This document shows positions 53,505 through 63,427 of a DNA stretch of 64,000 nt, piece after piece (within the stretch, counting starts at the first letter, position 1; each line of letters opens with the position of its first letter). Below the pieces are notes generated by a model. The model worked only from the letters and a program-made list of their open reading frames with translations. It ran no database searches and was not told the origin of the DNA. The DNA is from Solirubrobacteraceae bacterium (lineage in GTDB: Bacteria > Actinomycetota > Thermoleophilia > Solirubrobacterales > Solirubrobacteraceae), in contig DASRHW010000105.1 in assembly GCA_035650375.1 (NCBI GenBank), positions 4,858-68,857 of the forward strand, read 5' to 3'. The translations under genes were made by a program, and so were the position numbers.

Positions 53505-54424
53505 GCTGCCGAAGCTGCCGCGACCGCGTTGTCGTAGTAGTGCTCGTAGTAGTACGCGGCGATCTCGTCGCTCGTGGTGAGCCACACGTCCGGATGCCCG
53601 GCGATGTGCTCGAGCGCCTCGGCAAGATGGCGATGGCGCGACGGCTGGTTGGCGATGAACGGGTGCAGCGCGATCGTCATCACGCGGCCGGTCGACGCAC
53701 CATCCGCGACGAGCTGGTCGAACCAGTCGACGATCATCTCCTTGAACTGCGGCCCCGTGAAGCTCTTGCCGACGAACAGCGGGATGTCGTTGAGCTCGAT
53801 CGAGTACGGCACCGAGATCATCCGCGCACCGGGCAGGTCGAACGGGTAGGGCTGGTCGTCGTTGCACCAGTCGAGCACGTAGGTGCCGCCGAGCTCGGCG
53901 AGCAGCGACGGGGTGTCGAAGGTCTCGGTCAGCGCCGGCCCGAGCCACCCCTTCGGGCGCTGACCGGTGGCGCGCTCGATCGTGTCGAACATCTCCGCGA
54001 GCGCGGCGCGCTCGGCCTCACGCGCCTCGAAGCCCGTGTGGAGCTTCGAGTTGTTCTTTCCGTGCCCGAGCCACACCCAGTTGCGCTCGACACCGGCCTC
54101 GATGATCTCGGGGTAGAGCTCGCAGACGTCGGAGTTCAACAGCACGCTCGCGGGCATCCGCAGCCGATCGAGCAGCTCGATCATCCGCCAGATGCCGATG
54201 CGCGGGCCGTAGTCGCGCCAGCCGTAGTTGAGCGGGTCTGGCTTGAGCGCGGCCGTTCCCGGGAAGATGCTCGTCGCCGGCGCGTCGACGCGGTAGTGCT
54301 CGATGTTGAGCCCGAGGTAGAAGGCGACCTTCTTGCCTTCCGGCCAGCGGATCGGCTCCCGACCCGGCAACGGCACGTAGCGGAACGGAACCCGTGCGTT
54401 CAACTCGGCGTCACTCATGCGCAT
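53501..54424 (-). CDS. polysaccharide deacetylase-fold protein (PuuE/urate-catabolism-like)
   Basis: ..YGWRDYGPRIGIWRMIELLDRL..LNSDVCE..WLGHG..ALHPFI.. pattern of the divergent NodB-fold hydrolases lacking a signal peptide. Confidence 0.8.
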   Translation of the reverse strand: MRMSDAELNARVPFRYVPLPGREPIRWPEGKKVAFYLGLNIEHYRVDAPATSIFPGTAALKPDPLNYGWRDYGPRIGIWRMIELLDRLRMPASVLLNSDVCELYPEIIEAGVERNWVWLGHGKNNSKLHTGFEAREAERAALAEMFDTIERATGQRPKGWLGPALTETFDTPSLLAELGGTYVLDWCNDDQPYPFDLPGARMISVPYSIELNDIPLFVGKSFTGPQFKEMIVDWFDQLVADGASTGRVMTIALHPFIANQPSRHRHLAEALEHIAGHPDVWLTTSDEIAAYYYEHYYDNAVAAASAA

Positions 54425-54530
54425 CCCCCTGCTCGCTCAGCGTCTGCGGCAAACCCCTGGGGCGACTTTATACCCGGCCGCGAGCGGCCGGAGGCGGCGC
54501 CTCCAGAGCCCTCCGATAGGGTCCGGCGGC

Positions 54531-55127
54531 ATGCGCCTCTTTCACGTTCCCAACAGCAGATCTCAGCGTGTGCTCTGGCTGTTGGAAGAGGTCGGCGAGC
54601 CGTACGAGCTCACGTTCCTCGGCAACCGCGCGTCGCGTGTGGCCGACCAGGAGCACATCGCGCGACACCCACTGGGACGCGTGCCAGTGCTCGAGGACGG
54701 CGGTCAGTCGATCTTCGAGTCGGCCGCGATCTGCCTCTACCTCGCTGACAAGTACCCGGCAGCCGGTCTGATCGCCCCCACGGGAACAGCCGAACGTGGC
54801 CTTGACTATCAGTGGGTCGTCTTCGGACACTCGGAGCTCGAGTGGCGCACCGTGATGATCCACACGCTCGATGCCGACAGCGACGCCGCCCGGGACGTCA
54901 AAGAGGCACTGGCGGCGGCGGTCGACGTCGTCGAACAGGCGCTCGCCGGTCACGAGTTCCTCGTCGCGGACCGTTTCGGCGTCGCGGACATCGTCATCTC
55001 GTCCGTGTTGAGCCGCATACAACGCTTGAGCCTCATGGAGCTGCCCGAGCGCGTCTCCAGCTACCTCGACGCGATCGACGACCGCCCGGCCAAGCAGCGC
55101 GCCATCGCCGTGAACCCCGCGGCCTGA
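54531..55127 (+). CDS. glutathione S-transferase family protein
   Basis: Thioredoxin-like N-domain (..NSRSQRVLWLLEEVGEPYE..HPLGRVPVLEDGGQSIFESAAICLYLADKY) and a helical C-domain. Start trimmed to the ATG at 54531. Confidence 0.85.
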   Translation: MRLFHVPNSRSQRVLWLLEEVGEPYELTFLGNRASRVADQEHIARHPLGRVPVLEDGGQSIFESAAICLYLADKYPAAGLIAPTGTAERGLDYQWVVFGHSELEWRTVMIHTLDADSDAARDVKEALAAAVDVVEQALAGHEFLVADRFGVADIVISSVLSRIQRLSLMELPERVSSYLDAIDDRPAKQRAIAVNPAA

Positions 55128-55274
55128 CCGACGGAATCCCCAGCGCCGACGCCAGATCGAAGCCGCTGCGCACGCTCGCGCGAGACGAGACGTGGTGTTC
55201 GATCGAACAGCCTCCTGCCGCCGTCTGGCGGCGCGCGCAACCGTATTGAGCGTCTCCCTGAGACACTGACCCAC

Positions 55275-56165
55275 GTGAAGGCTCCACGATCGGACCGAGG
55301 CATCGCTGGACTGACTGTGATGGCGTTCGAGAGCCGTCGCGCACCGGAGCTCGAGAACCTGATCCAGCGCCACGGCGGGCTACCAATCGTCGTGCCGGCG
55401 ATGCGTGAAGTCCCGCTCGAGACAAACACCGCGGCGCTCGAGCTCCTGCACCGCCTCGAGGCCGGCGAGATCGACACCGTGATCCTGCTCACCGGCGTGG
55501 GTCTGCGCACGCTCGTGGACACGCTCTCGGAGGCTTGCCCACCGGAGCGTCTCGCAACGCTACTCGCGACCGCGACCCTGGTCGCGCGAGGGCCCAAGCC
55601 AGTCGCCGAACTGCGTCGGATCGGCCTCACTCCGCACGTGCGCGTGCCGGAGCCCAACACCTGGCACGAGCTCCTCTCGACACTCGACGTCGAGGCACCC
55701 GTCGCCCGCCAGCGCGTCGCGGTACTCGAATACGGCGTCGCCAACGACGAGCTGATCGACGGCCTCGTCAGTCGCACGGCGCAAGTACTACGCGTGCCGC
55801 TCTACCGCTGGGCGTTACCCGAGGACACCGGCCCGCTGCGCGAGGCGGTCTCTCGCCTCGCCGGCGGTTCAGTCGACTTCCTGCTCTTCACCAGCAGCCG
55901 CCAGGTCGATCACGTCATGGAGATCGCCGCCGAGCTCAGCCTCGCGGACGCGGTCCACGAGCGAACCATTCGCCTCGTCGTCGCCTCGATCGGACCCGTG
56001 TGCACCGAGACGCTGCGCCGCCACGGCCTCCCCGTCGACCTCGAGCCCGAGCATCCGAAGATGGGCCACCTCCTCGTCGCGGTCGCGCGTCGCGGCCGCG
56101 AGCTTCTCGAAGCGAAGCGCGCCGCCGCGCCCCCGCAGCCGCCCACACCGGACGTCGCCGCATGA
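55275..56165 (+). CDS. uroporphyrinogen-III synthase (HemD) family protein
   Basis: Two-lobe HemD pattern (..FESRRAPELENLIQRHGG.P..IDTVILLTGVG..VDFLLFTSSRQV..VASIGPVCTETLRRHG..). GTG start. No other heme-biosynthesis genes are adjacent. Confidence 0.75.
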   Translation: MKAPRSDRGIAGLTVMAFESRRAPELENLIQRHGGLPIVVPAMREVPLETNTAALELLHRLEAGEIDTVILLTGVGLRTLVDTLSEACPPERLATLLATATLVARGPKPVAELRRIGLTPHVRVPEPNTWHELLSTLDVEAPVARQRVAVLEYGVANDELIDGLVSRTAQVLRVPLYRWALPEDTGPLREAVSRLAGGSVDFLLFTSSRQVDHVMEIAAELSLADAVHERTIRLVVASIGPVCTETLRRHGLPVDLEPEHPKMGHLLVAVARRGRELLEAKRAAAPPQPPTPDVAA

Positions 56166-56190
56166 CGATCGTGACGACACTCCTCGGCGA

Positions 56191-57650
<1,460 letters not shown>

Positions 57651-57727
57651 ACGGCCCGGATCCTAGGCGATCCAGCTGGCGGCCGACCGGACGCATGGCA
57701 TGGAAGAGAACGGACTGGGTCCTGGAG

Positions 57728-57801
57728 CGCCCCCTCCAGGATTCGAACCTGGGACCTGCGGATTAGAAGTCCGCTGCTCTATCCAGCTGAGCTAAGGGGG
57801 C
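57728..57801 (-). tRNA. tRNA-Arg (anticodon TCT)
   Basis: Manual cloverleaf: acceptor GCCCCCU/AGGGGGC, D arm GCUC-AGCUGGAUA-GAGC, anticodon arm GCGGA-CUUCUAA-UCCGC, T arm CCAGG-UUCGAAU-CCUGG, discriminator G. No encoded CCA. Confidence 0.92.
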
Positions 57802-57859
57802 CTGCGTGCATTGTCACAGCTGTTCGGGCGGCCAGCGACTGGGCCTAAACTCCGCCGTT

Positions 57860-57933
57860 CGGGGCGTAGCGAAGCCTGGCATCGCGCTCGCTTTGGGGGC
57901 GAGAGATCGGAGGTTCGAATCCTCCCGCCCCGA
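57860..57933 (+). tRNA. tRNA-Pro (anticodon TGG)
   Basis: Manual cloverleaf: acceptor CGGGGCG/CGCCCCG, anticodon arm CUCGC-UUUGGGG-GCGAG, T arm GGAGG-UUCGAAU-CCUCC, discriminator A. No encoded CCA. Confidence 0.92.
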
Positions 57934-57964
57934 CTGAAGTTCTCCGTGTGGATCTGGACGAGAT

Positions 57965-58135
57965 CTAGAAGCCCTTCGAGCGACGCCCGAAGTGCCATGC
58001 GACGGAGAACGCGAAGACCGCGACGACACCGCCGACGATAACTGCGGTGAGGTCGCCGCCGAGGGCCCCGGCGAGCAGGATGCCGACGCCGATGGCTCCC
58101 CACGTCCAGAAAGCGATCTCGGACAGCTTGCTCAT
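57965..58135 (-). CDS. small hydrophobic membrane protein (56 aa, not in ORF track)
   Basis: Hand translation: MSKLSEIAFWTWGAIGVGILLAGALGGDLTAVIVGGVVAVFAFSVAWHFGRRSKGF. AAGGA lies 7 nt upstream of the ATG. GC-rich third positions. Two predicted TM helices. Confidence 0.5.
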   Translation of the reverse strand: MSKLSEIAFWTWGAIGVGILLAGALGGDLTAVIVGGVVAVFAFSVAWHFGRRSKGF

Positions 58136-58186
58136 GCCTGGTCCTTACCCGGTCGTTTGCCGAGCCAGTGCGAAGGGGCCCAGCCC

Positions 58187-58441
58187 TCAGCCGGGCCGCG
58201 GCATCTCGTCGGGCCAATACCCGTGCTCGTCGAAGTAGGACCGCGCCGCGTCCTCGGCATCCCGGTCCTCTTCGCCGCGAATGCCGACTCGCATCAGCAC
58301 CGTGATGAGCCAGAGGGAGCTGCCGGCGGCGACGCCCAACACGGCACCTTCGAGGCCCATCTCGTCGAAACCACGAGCCAGGCCGTAGCCGAATCCGAGC
58401 AGGCAGACGAACCCCGGCAGGCCGTATCGCAGGAACTGCAT
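58187..58441 (-). CDS. small membrane protein (84 aa)
   Basis: Internal ATG of track ORF 58187..58642. MQFLRYGLPGFVCLLGFGYGLARGF..SLWLITVLMRVGIRGEE.. has two hydrophobic helices and an acidic C-terminal tail. Confidence 0.5.
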   Translation of the reverse strand: MQFLRYGLPGFVCLLGFGYGLARGFDEMGLEGAVLGVAAGSSLWLITVLMRVGIRGEEDRDAEDAARSYFDEHGYWPDEMPRPG

Positions 58442-58636
58442 CCCACGGCTGTTGCTGAGTGGGTCTGCTGGCGAGCCGGGCACTGTTCGAATGTACCCGC
58501 GGTCATCACCGAGCCCGCTCGGATGACCCGGCCCGCAAGTGCTCAAGCGGTCGGCGTGCGCTGCCGATAACGGTGAGCGAGCCGGGTGGCCGGGCGTTGT
58601 CAGCCACGCCGTCGCCACACGCGGCTCACGACGACC

Positions 58637-59230
58637 ATGCACCGTTTCCGTTTCGCGCTCGCCGCACTCGCCCTCGCCCTGACGCTCGCTCCCGCGGCGG
58701 CCCAGGCGCGCCCACGCGCAGCCAAACGTGTCGTCGCGACGAAGGCTTCGGACTGCTCCGGCACCAACCTGCTGCCGAGCCCCGACAACCTCGACGCGAT
58801 CCGCAGCGCGACGCTGTGCCTGATCAACGTCGAGCGCACGCAGCGCGGCCGCTTGCCGCTGCGGACGAACGTCGACCTCACCCAGGTCGCCGGCCTCTAT
58901 TCACGAGCGATGATCGACTACAGCTTCTTCGGCCACCTCTCCCCCGCCGGCTCCACCTTCATCAGCCGAATCAAGCGCACCGACTACCTGACGCGCACCA
59001 ACGGGTGGGCGGTCGGCGAGAACCTCGCCTGGGGCGAGGTCGAGCTCGGCAGCCCGGCGAAGACGGTCGAGGCGTGGATGCTCTCGCCGGAGCACAAGCG
59101 CAACATCCTCGACACCAACTACGTCGAGATCGGGATCGGCGTCGCCTACGGCACGCCGGGCGACCGGAACCAGCAGGGCGCCACGTACGCGACCGAGTTC
59201 GGCACGCGGTCGCTGATCGTCAGCGCGTAA
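58637..59230 (+). CDS. CAP/SCP/PR-1 domain-containing secreted protein
   Basis: Signal peptide MHRFRFALAALALALTLAPAAAQA. ..CLINVERTQRGRLPL.. and ..ENLAWG..VEAWMLSPEHKRNIL...EIGIGVA.. are CAP-domain motifs. Confidence 0.8.
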   Translation: MHRFRFALAALALALTLAPAAAQARPRAAKRVVATKASDCSGTNLLPSPDNLDAIRSATLCLINVERTQRGRLPLRTNVDLTQVAGLYSRAMIDYSFFGHLSPAGSTFISRIKRTDYLTRTNGWAVGENLAWGEVELGSPAKTVEAWMLSPEHKRNILDTNYVEIGIGVAYGTPGDRNQQGATYATEFGTRSLIVSA

Positions 59231-59270
59231 CGCTCGACGCGACTCCGCCGGGCGACTACGCTCACGCCGG

Positions 59271-60524
59271 ATGGCAGACGTCGGGCCGCTCCACGCGCTC
59301 CACTACGACCCGGCTGTCGCGGGTCCGCTGCAGGACCTCGTCGCGCCGCCCTACGACGTGATCGACGCCGAGCAGCGCGGCCGGCTGCTGGCCCGCTCTG
59401 GCCACAATGTCGTCGGCATCGACCTGCCGGAAGGTGACGACCCGTACGCCGAGGCGGCCGCGACGTTCGCCGCCTGGCGCGCCGACGGTGCGGTCGTGCG
59501 CGACGACGAGCCGGCGCTGTGGGCGCTGACGCAGGACTACACAGGGCCCGACGGCGCGGCCCGCACGCGGCGCGGGTTCTTCGCGCGCGTACGGATCGAG
59601 GACTACGGCCCGGGCAGGATCCGCCCGCACGAGCGCACGCACCCCGGCCCGAAGGAAGACCGGCTGCGGCTGACGCGGGCGACGCGGGCGAACCTGTCGC
59701 CGATCTTCTCGCTCTACTCCGACCCGCAGCTTCGCGCCTGGGCCGCGCTGGAGCCGCACACGCGCGGCGAGCCCTGGGGCGACACGACCGACGACGACGG
59801 CACCCGCAACCGGCTCTGGCGCGTCGCCGACGAGGACGCGATCGCCGCCGTGCAGGCCGCGACGCGCGACGCCGAGCTGCTGATCGCCGACGGCCACCAC
59901 CGCTACGAGACCGCCCGCGTCTACGCGGACGAGGTCGGCGGCGACGGGCCGCACCGCTACGTACTGATGAACCTCGTCGCGCTGGAAGACGAAGGGCTGA
60001 CGGTGTTCCCCACGCACCGGCTCGTCTCGGACACGACGCCGGCCACGCAGGAGGCACTGGCCGACGTCCTTCGCGGCTCGTTCGACATCGAGCCGATCGA
60101 TCTCGCCGAGCTGCCACCAGCCTCCGGCGACGGACCGCTCGAGCTCGGCTACATCGACAGCCACTTCAAGCGGCCGATGCGGCTGACGCTCAAGGATCAG
60201 GCGATCGCGGACGGCGCGCTCGGCGACTGGCCCGAGCCCTACCGCCGGCTCGACACCGCGGTGCTCGAGACGCTGCTGCTGAAGGGCGCGCTCGGGCTCA
60301 GCGACGACGACATCGACCACCAGCACGGCCTCTCCTACTCGCGCACCGACGCCGAGGCGCGCGACGCCGTGCTCAGCGGCGCCGTCGACCTCGCGTTCTT
60401 CCTCCGGCCACCGCCGATCGCGCAGGTCCAGGCGATCGCGGCAGCGGGCGTGAACATGCCGCCGAAGTCGACGTTCTTCTACCCGAAGGTCCCGACCGGG
60501 CTGCTGTTTCACGCTTTGGCATGA
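59271..60524 (+). CDS. DUF1015 domain-containing protein
   Basis: ..PLHALHYDP..LVAPPYDVID..IRPHERTHPGPKEDRLRLTRATRANLSPIF..LIADGHHRYETA.. matches the DUF1015 family pattern. Confidence 0.85.
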   Translation: MADVGPLHALHYDPAVAGPLQDLVAPPYDVIDAEQRGRLLARSGHNVVGIDLPEGDDPYAEAAATFAAWRADGAVVRDDEPALWALTQDYTGPDGAARTRRGFFARVRIEDYGPGRIRPHERTHPGPKEDRLRLTRATRANLSPIFSLYSDPQLRAWAALEPHTRGEPWGDTTDDDGTRNRLWRVADEDAIAAVQAATRDAELLIADGHHRYETARVYADEVGGDGPHRYVLMNLVALEDEGLTVFPTHRLVSDTTPATQEALADVLRGSFDIEPIDLAELPPASGDGPLELGYIDSHFKRPMRLTLKDQAIADGALGDWPEPYRRLDTAVLETLLLKGALGLSDDDIDHQHGLSYSRTDAEARDAVLSGAVDLAFFLRPPPIAQVQAIAAAGVNMPPKSTFFYPKVPTGLLFHALA

Positions 60525-60534
60525 TCAACGTCTG

Positions 60535-60939
60535 ATGAAAGCCATCTCGACACGCGCCGGATCGCTTCGACAGATCGTCCAGATCCGCAATCACCGCCTC
60601 TACGCCGACGAGCCGACGGAGATCGGCGGCAGCGACAGCGGGCCTCGCCCCGAGGAGATGCTCGCCGCCAGCCTGGCGTCGTGTACGGCGATCACGATGG
60701 AGATGTACGCGACCCGCAAGGGCTGGGACGTCGCCGGCATCGAGGTGGTCTGCAACTACGACCCGGCGGAGCGCGGCCACCCGACGCGATTTCAGCTGAC
60801 GTTGCGGTTTCCGCCGGAGCTCAGCGACGAGCAGGCGGAGAAGCTGCGAATCATCGCGGCGAAGTGCCCGGTGCACCGCACGCTCGACGGCGAAGTGATG
60901 TTCGAAGAGCATGTCGAGCGGCTTCCAGCCGCCGGCTGA
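60535..60939 (+). CDS. OsmC-family peroxiredoxin-like protein
   Basis: ..GGSDSGPRPEEMLAASLASCTAITMEMYA.. and ..IAAKCPVHRTL.. carry the two conserved OsmC cysteines. Confidence 0.85.
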   Translation: MKAISTRAGSLRQIVQIRNHRLYADEPTEIGGSDSGPRPEEMLAASLASCTAITMEMYATRKGWDVAGIEVVCNYDPAERGHPTRFQLTLRFPPELSDEQAEKLRIIAAKCPVHRTLDGEVMFEEHVERLPAAG

Positions 60940-61504
60940 GCTCGCCGCCGCGCTCCGCGAGGTCCTGCTCGATCCGGCGCAGGCCGCTGGCCTCGACGTT
61001 CCCGGCCGGATCGACGCCGCGGTCCTCGTGCCGCTGTTCCTGCGCGACGACAGGCTGCACGTCGTGCTCACGCGACGCACCTCGGGCCTGCGAAGCCACG
61101 CCGGCGAGGTCTCGTTTCCCGGCGGGCGCCAGGACGACGACGAGACCGACCTGCGCCTGACGGCGCTGCGCGAGGCACAGGAGGAGATCGGGCTCGACCC
61201 CGGCGCCGTCGAGCTCGTCGGAGCGCTGGCGCCGACGCCGACCGTCGTCTCGAACTACGCCGTCTATCCGTTCGTCGGCCTGATCGCTCCCGGCACGCGC
61301 TGGACGCTGTCGGCGCGAGAAGTCGACGAGGTGCTCGAGCCGAGCATCGACGAGCTGCGCGCCGGCTTCGGGCGGCGCTCGATGGTGCGTCGCGGGATCC
61401 CGTTTCGCACCGACGTCTATGCCCTCGACGGCGCCGTCGTGTGGGGCGCGACGGCACGGATGCTGGGCGATCTGCTCGAGCGTCTCGAACGCGCCGGGCT
61501 GTGA
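60911..61504 (+). CDS. NUDIX hydrolase, CoA pyrophosphatase-like
   Basis: Nudix box GGRQDDDETDLRLTALREAQEEIGL preceded by ..LTRRTSGLRSHAGEVSFPGG.., typical of the NudL/CoA diphosphatase subgroup. The ATG at 60911 overlaps the OsmC gene by 29 nt. Confidence 0.8.
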   Translation: MSSGFQPPAELAAALREVLLDPAQAAGLDVPGRIDAAVLVPLFLRDDRLHVVLTRRTSGLRSHAGEVSFPGGRQDDDETDLRLTALREAQEEIGLDPGAVELVGALAPTPTVVSNYAVYPFVGLIAPGTRWTLSAREVDEVLEPSIDELRAGFGRRSMVRRGIPFRTDVYALDGAVVWGATARMLGDLLERLERAGL

Positions 61505-61571
61505 CTCCTTCCCTATACTTTGTAAAGCAGATACGGAATCACATAGATCGGCACAAGAAGGAGCCAGCACG

Positions 61572-62246
61572 ATGGCATTGACGATTGGCGACACCGCACC
61601 CGACTTCCAGGCCGACACGACCGAGGGGCCGATCAGCTTCCACCAGTGGCTGGGCGACAGCTGGGGAGTCCTCTTCAGCCACCCGCGAGCGTTCACGCCT
61701 GTCTGCACGACGGAACTGGGCTACATGGCCTCGATCAAGCCGGAGTTCGACGCCCGCGGCGTGAAGATCATCGCCATCTCGACCGACCCGGCAGACGGCA
61801 GCAGCAAGTGGTCCGACGACATCGCCTCGTACCAGGGCACGGACGTCAACTACCCGATCATCGCTGATACGGACCACGCCATCAGCAAGGCGTACGGCAT
61901 GCTGCCGGCGGACGTCGAGGGCGATCCGACGGAGCGCACTCCGGCGCAGAACCAGACGCTCCGCAACGTGTTCGTGGTCGGGCCGGACAAGAAGGTCAAG
62001 CTGGTGCTCATCTACCCGATGACCACGGGCCGGAACTTCGACGAGGTGCTCCGCGTCATCGACTCCCTGAAGCTGACAGCCGAGCATCAGGTGGCCACAC
62101 CCGCCCAGTGGCAGCAGGGCGAGGACGTGATCCTGACGGCGGCGGTCACGCCTGAGATCCAGGCTGAGCGCTACCCGGACGGCGTCAAGGAGCAGCCGCT
62201 GCCGTACATCCGCGTCGTGGCGTCGCCGGAGCCGGCGAAGAGCTGA
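61572..62246 (+). CDS. 1-Cys peroxiredoxin (Prx6-like)
   Basis: AAGGAG RBS. ..WGVLFSHPRAFTPVCTTELG.. peroxidatic Cys motif. About 224 aa with the Prx6 C-terminal domain. Confidence 0.9.
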   Translation: MALTIGDTAPDFQADTTEGPISFHQWLGDSWGVLFSHPRAFTPVCTTELGYMASIKPEFDARGVKIIAISTDPADGSSKWSDDIASYQGTDVNYPIIADTDHAISKAYGMLPADVEGDPTERTPAQNQTLRNVFVVGPDKKVKLVLIYPMTTGRNFDEVLRVIDSLKLTAEHQVATPAQWQQGEDVILTAAVTPEIQAERYPDGVKEQPLPYIRVVASPEPAKS

Positions 62247-62295
62247 GGGTGCCGGAGCAGCCATGTGGCTGCGGAGGCGGGGCCCTCGTTCCTTC

Positions 62296-62793
62296 TCAAC
62301 CGCGATCGCGAGCGACGAGCTCGTCGATCGCGGCCCGCGCCGCCGACGCCCAGGCGTCGGTGTCCGCCGGGTCGCTGCGCAGCAGCGTGAAGGGAACCTC
62401 GTTGTAGCCGCACATCCGCTCGACCTCGGCGCCGCCGCGGGCGAGCGAGTCGGCCGCGACCGTCCCCGCGGCCTCGTAGAGGAAGCCGCGCGCCGTCGTG
62501 TCGATCGTGCGCTCGAGCAGCATCGTCAGCCGCGAGCCGTGCAGCGCGTCGACCTTCTCGGGATCGCCGGTCGCGGTCCCGAGCGCCCAGACGATGACCG
62601 TCACGTTCTCGAGCGCGTAGCGGATCGAGCCGATCCGATCGGGGTCTCCGATCCAGCACTCGGCGCCCGCGTCCTCGATCTCCGCGCGACGCTCCTCTTT
62701 GCGCGTCACGAGCCGAACGGCGTGGCCGTCGGCGGTCAGGCCGCGCGTCAGGCGCAGCCCGCGACATCCTCCCCCGGCCAGCAGCACGCGCAT
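62296..62793 (-). CDS. short NAD(P)-binding Rossmann-like protein
   Basis: MRVLLAGGGCRGLRLTRGLTADGHAVRLVTR.. N-terminal beta-alpha-beta. 165 aa. The track ORF extension to 63303 is rejected as artefact. Confidence 0.55.
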   Translation of the reverse strand: MRVLLAGGGCRGLRLTRGLTADGHAVRLVTRKEERRAEIEDAGAECWIGDPDRIGSIRYALENVTVIVWALGTATGDPEKVDALHGSRLTMLLERTIDTTARGFLYEAAGTVAADSLARGGAEVERMCGYNEVPFTLLRSDPADTDAWASAARAAIDELVARDRG

Positions 62794-62968
62794 CGGCGTC
62801 AGCGATTCCCGGCGAGGCGCCGCGACGGGCGCGACGGTGCGAAGGCGGCTTGCGGCATCGGGCCGCGAGCATAGAGCCACGCTCGTCGCGGACGCGGCCG
62901 CGGCCCGCTCCCGGCACATCTGCGAGCGTTCGATCTCACGCGATGCCGCCCTCCGTCGTTGAATCCCC

Positions 62969-63427
62969 GTGATCCCGTTCCAGCGCTTCCTCGACGCGCA
63001 CCGCGACGACGTCTGGCGATTCTCCGTCGCCGCCGTCGGCCGCGAGGACGCCGACGACGTCTTCCAGGAGACGTTCCTGGCGGCACTGCGGGCCTGGCCG
63101 AAGCTCCGCTCGAGCGAGAACCTCAAGGCTTGGGTGCTGACGATCGCCGCGAACAAGGCGACCGACCACCACCGCGCACGCGCCCGCGGGCCGATCCCGG
63201 CCGAGCGACCGCCCGAGCAGCCCTTCGACGATCCACCGCCGAGCGACGACGGGCTCTGGGCCGGCGTCAGGGAGCTGCCGCCGAAGCAGCGCGCGGCGAT
63301 CACACTGCGCTACGCCGCCGACCTCGACTACGCCGCGATCGGGATCGCGCTGGACTGCTCGGCCGACGCCGCACGGCGCTCGGCATTCGAGGGGCTTCGA
63401 ACGCTCCGCCGCAAGGAGGCCGCATGA
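62969..63427 (+). CDS. ECF-type RNA polymerase sigma-70 family factor
   Basis: Region 2 (..DADDVFQETFLAALRAW..) and region 4 HTH (..LPPKQRAAITLRYAADLDYAAIGIALDCSADAARRSAFEGLRTLR). GTG start. The stop overlaps the next ATG. Confidence 0.8.
   Translation: MIPFQRFLDAHRDDVWRFSVAAVGREDADDVFQETFLAALRAWPKLRSSENLKAWVLTIAANKATDHHRARARGPIPAERPPEQPFDDPPPSDDGLWAGVRELPPKQRAAITLRYAADLDYAAIGIALDCSADAARRSAFEGLRTLRRKEAA

Noticed and set aside
55275-56165. Functional link between the HemD-like gene and the heme-uptake island or thiC.
   Set aside because: It is about 22 kb from the heme locus, has no iron box, and is convergent with thiC. The adjacency alone gives no support.
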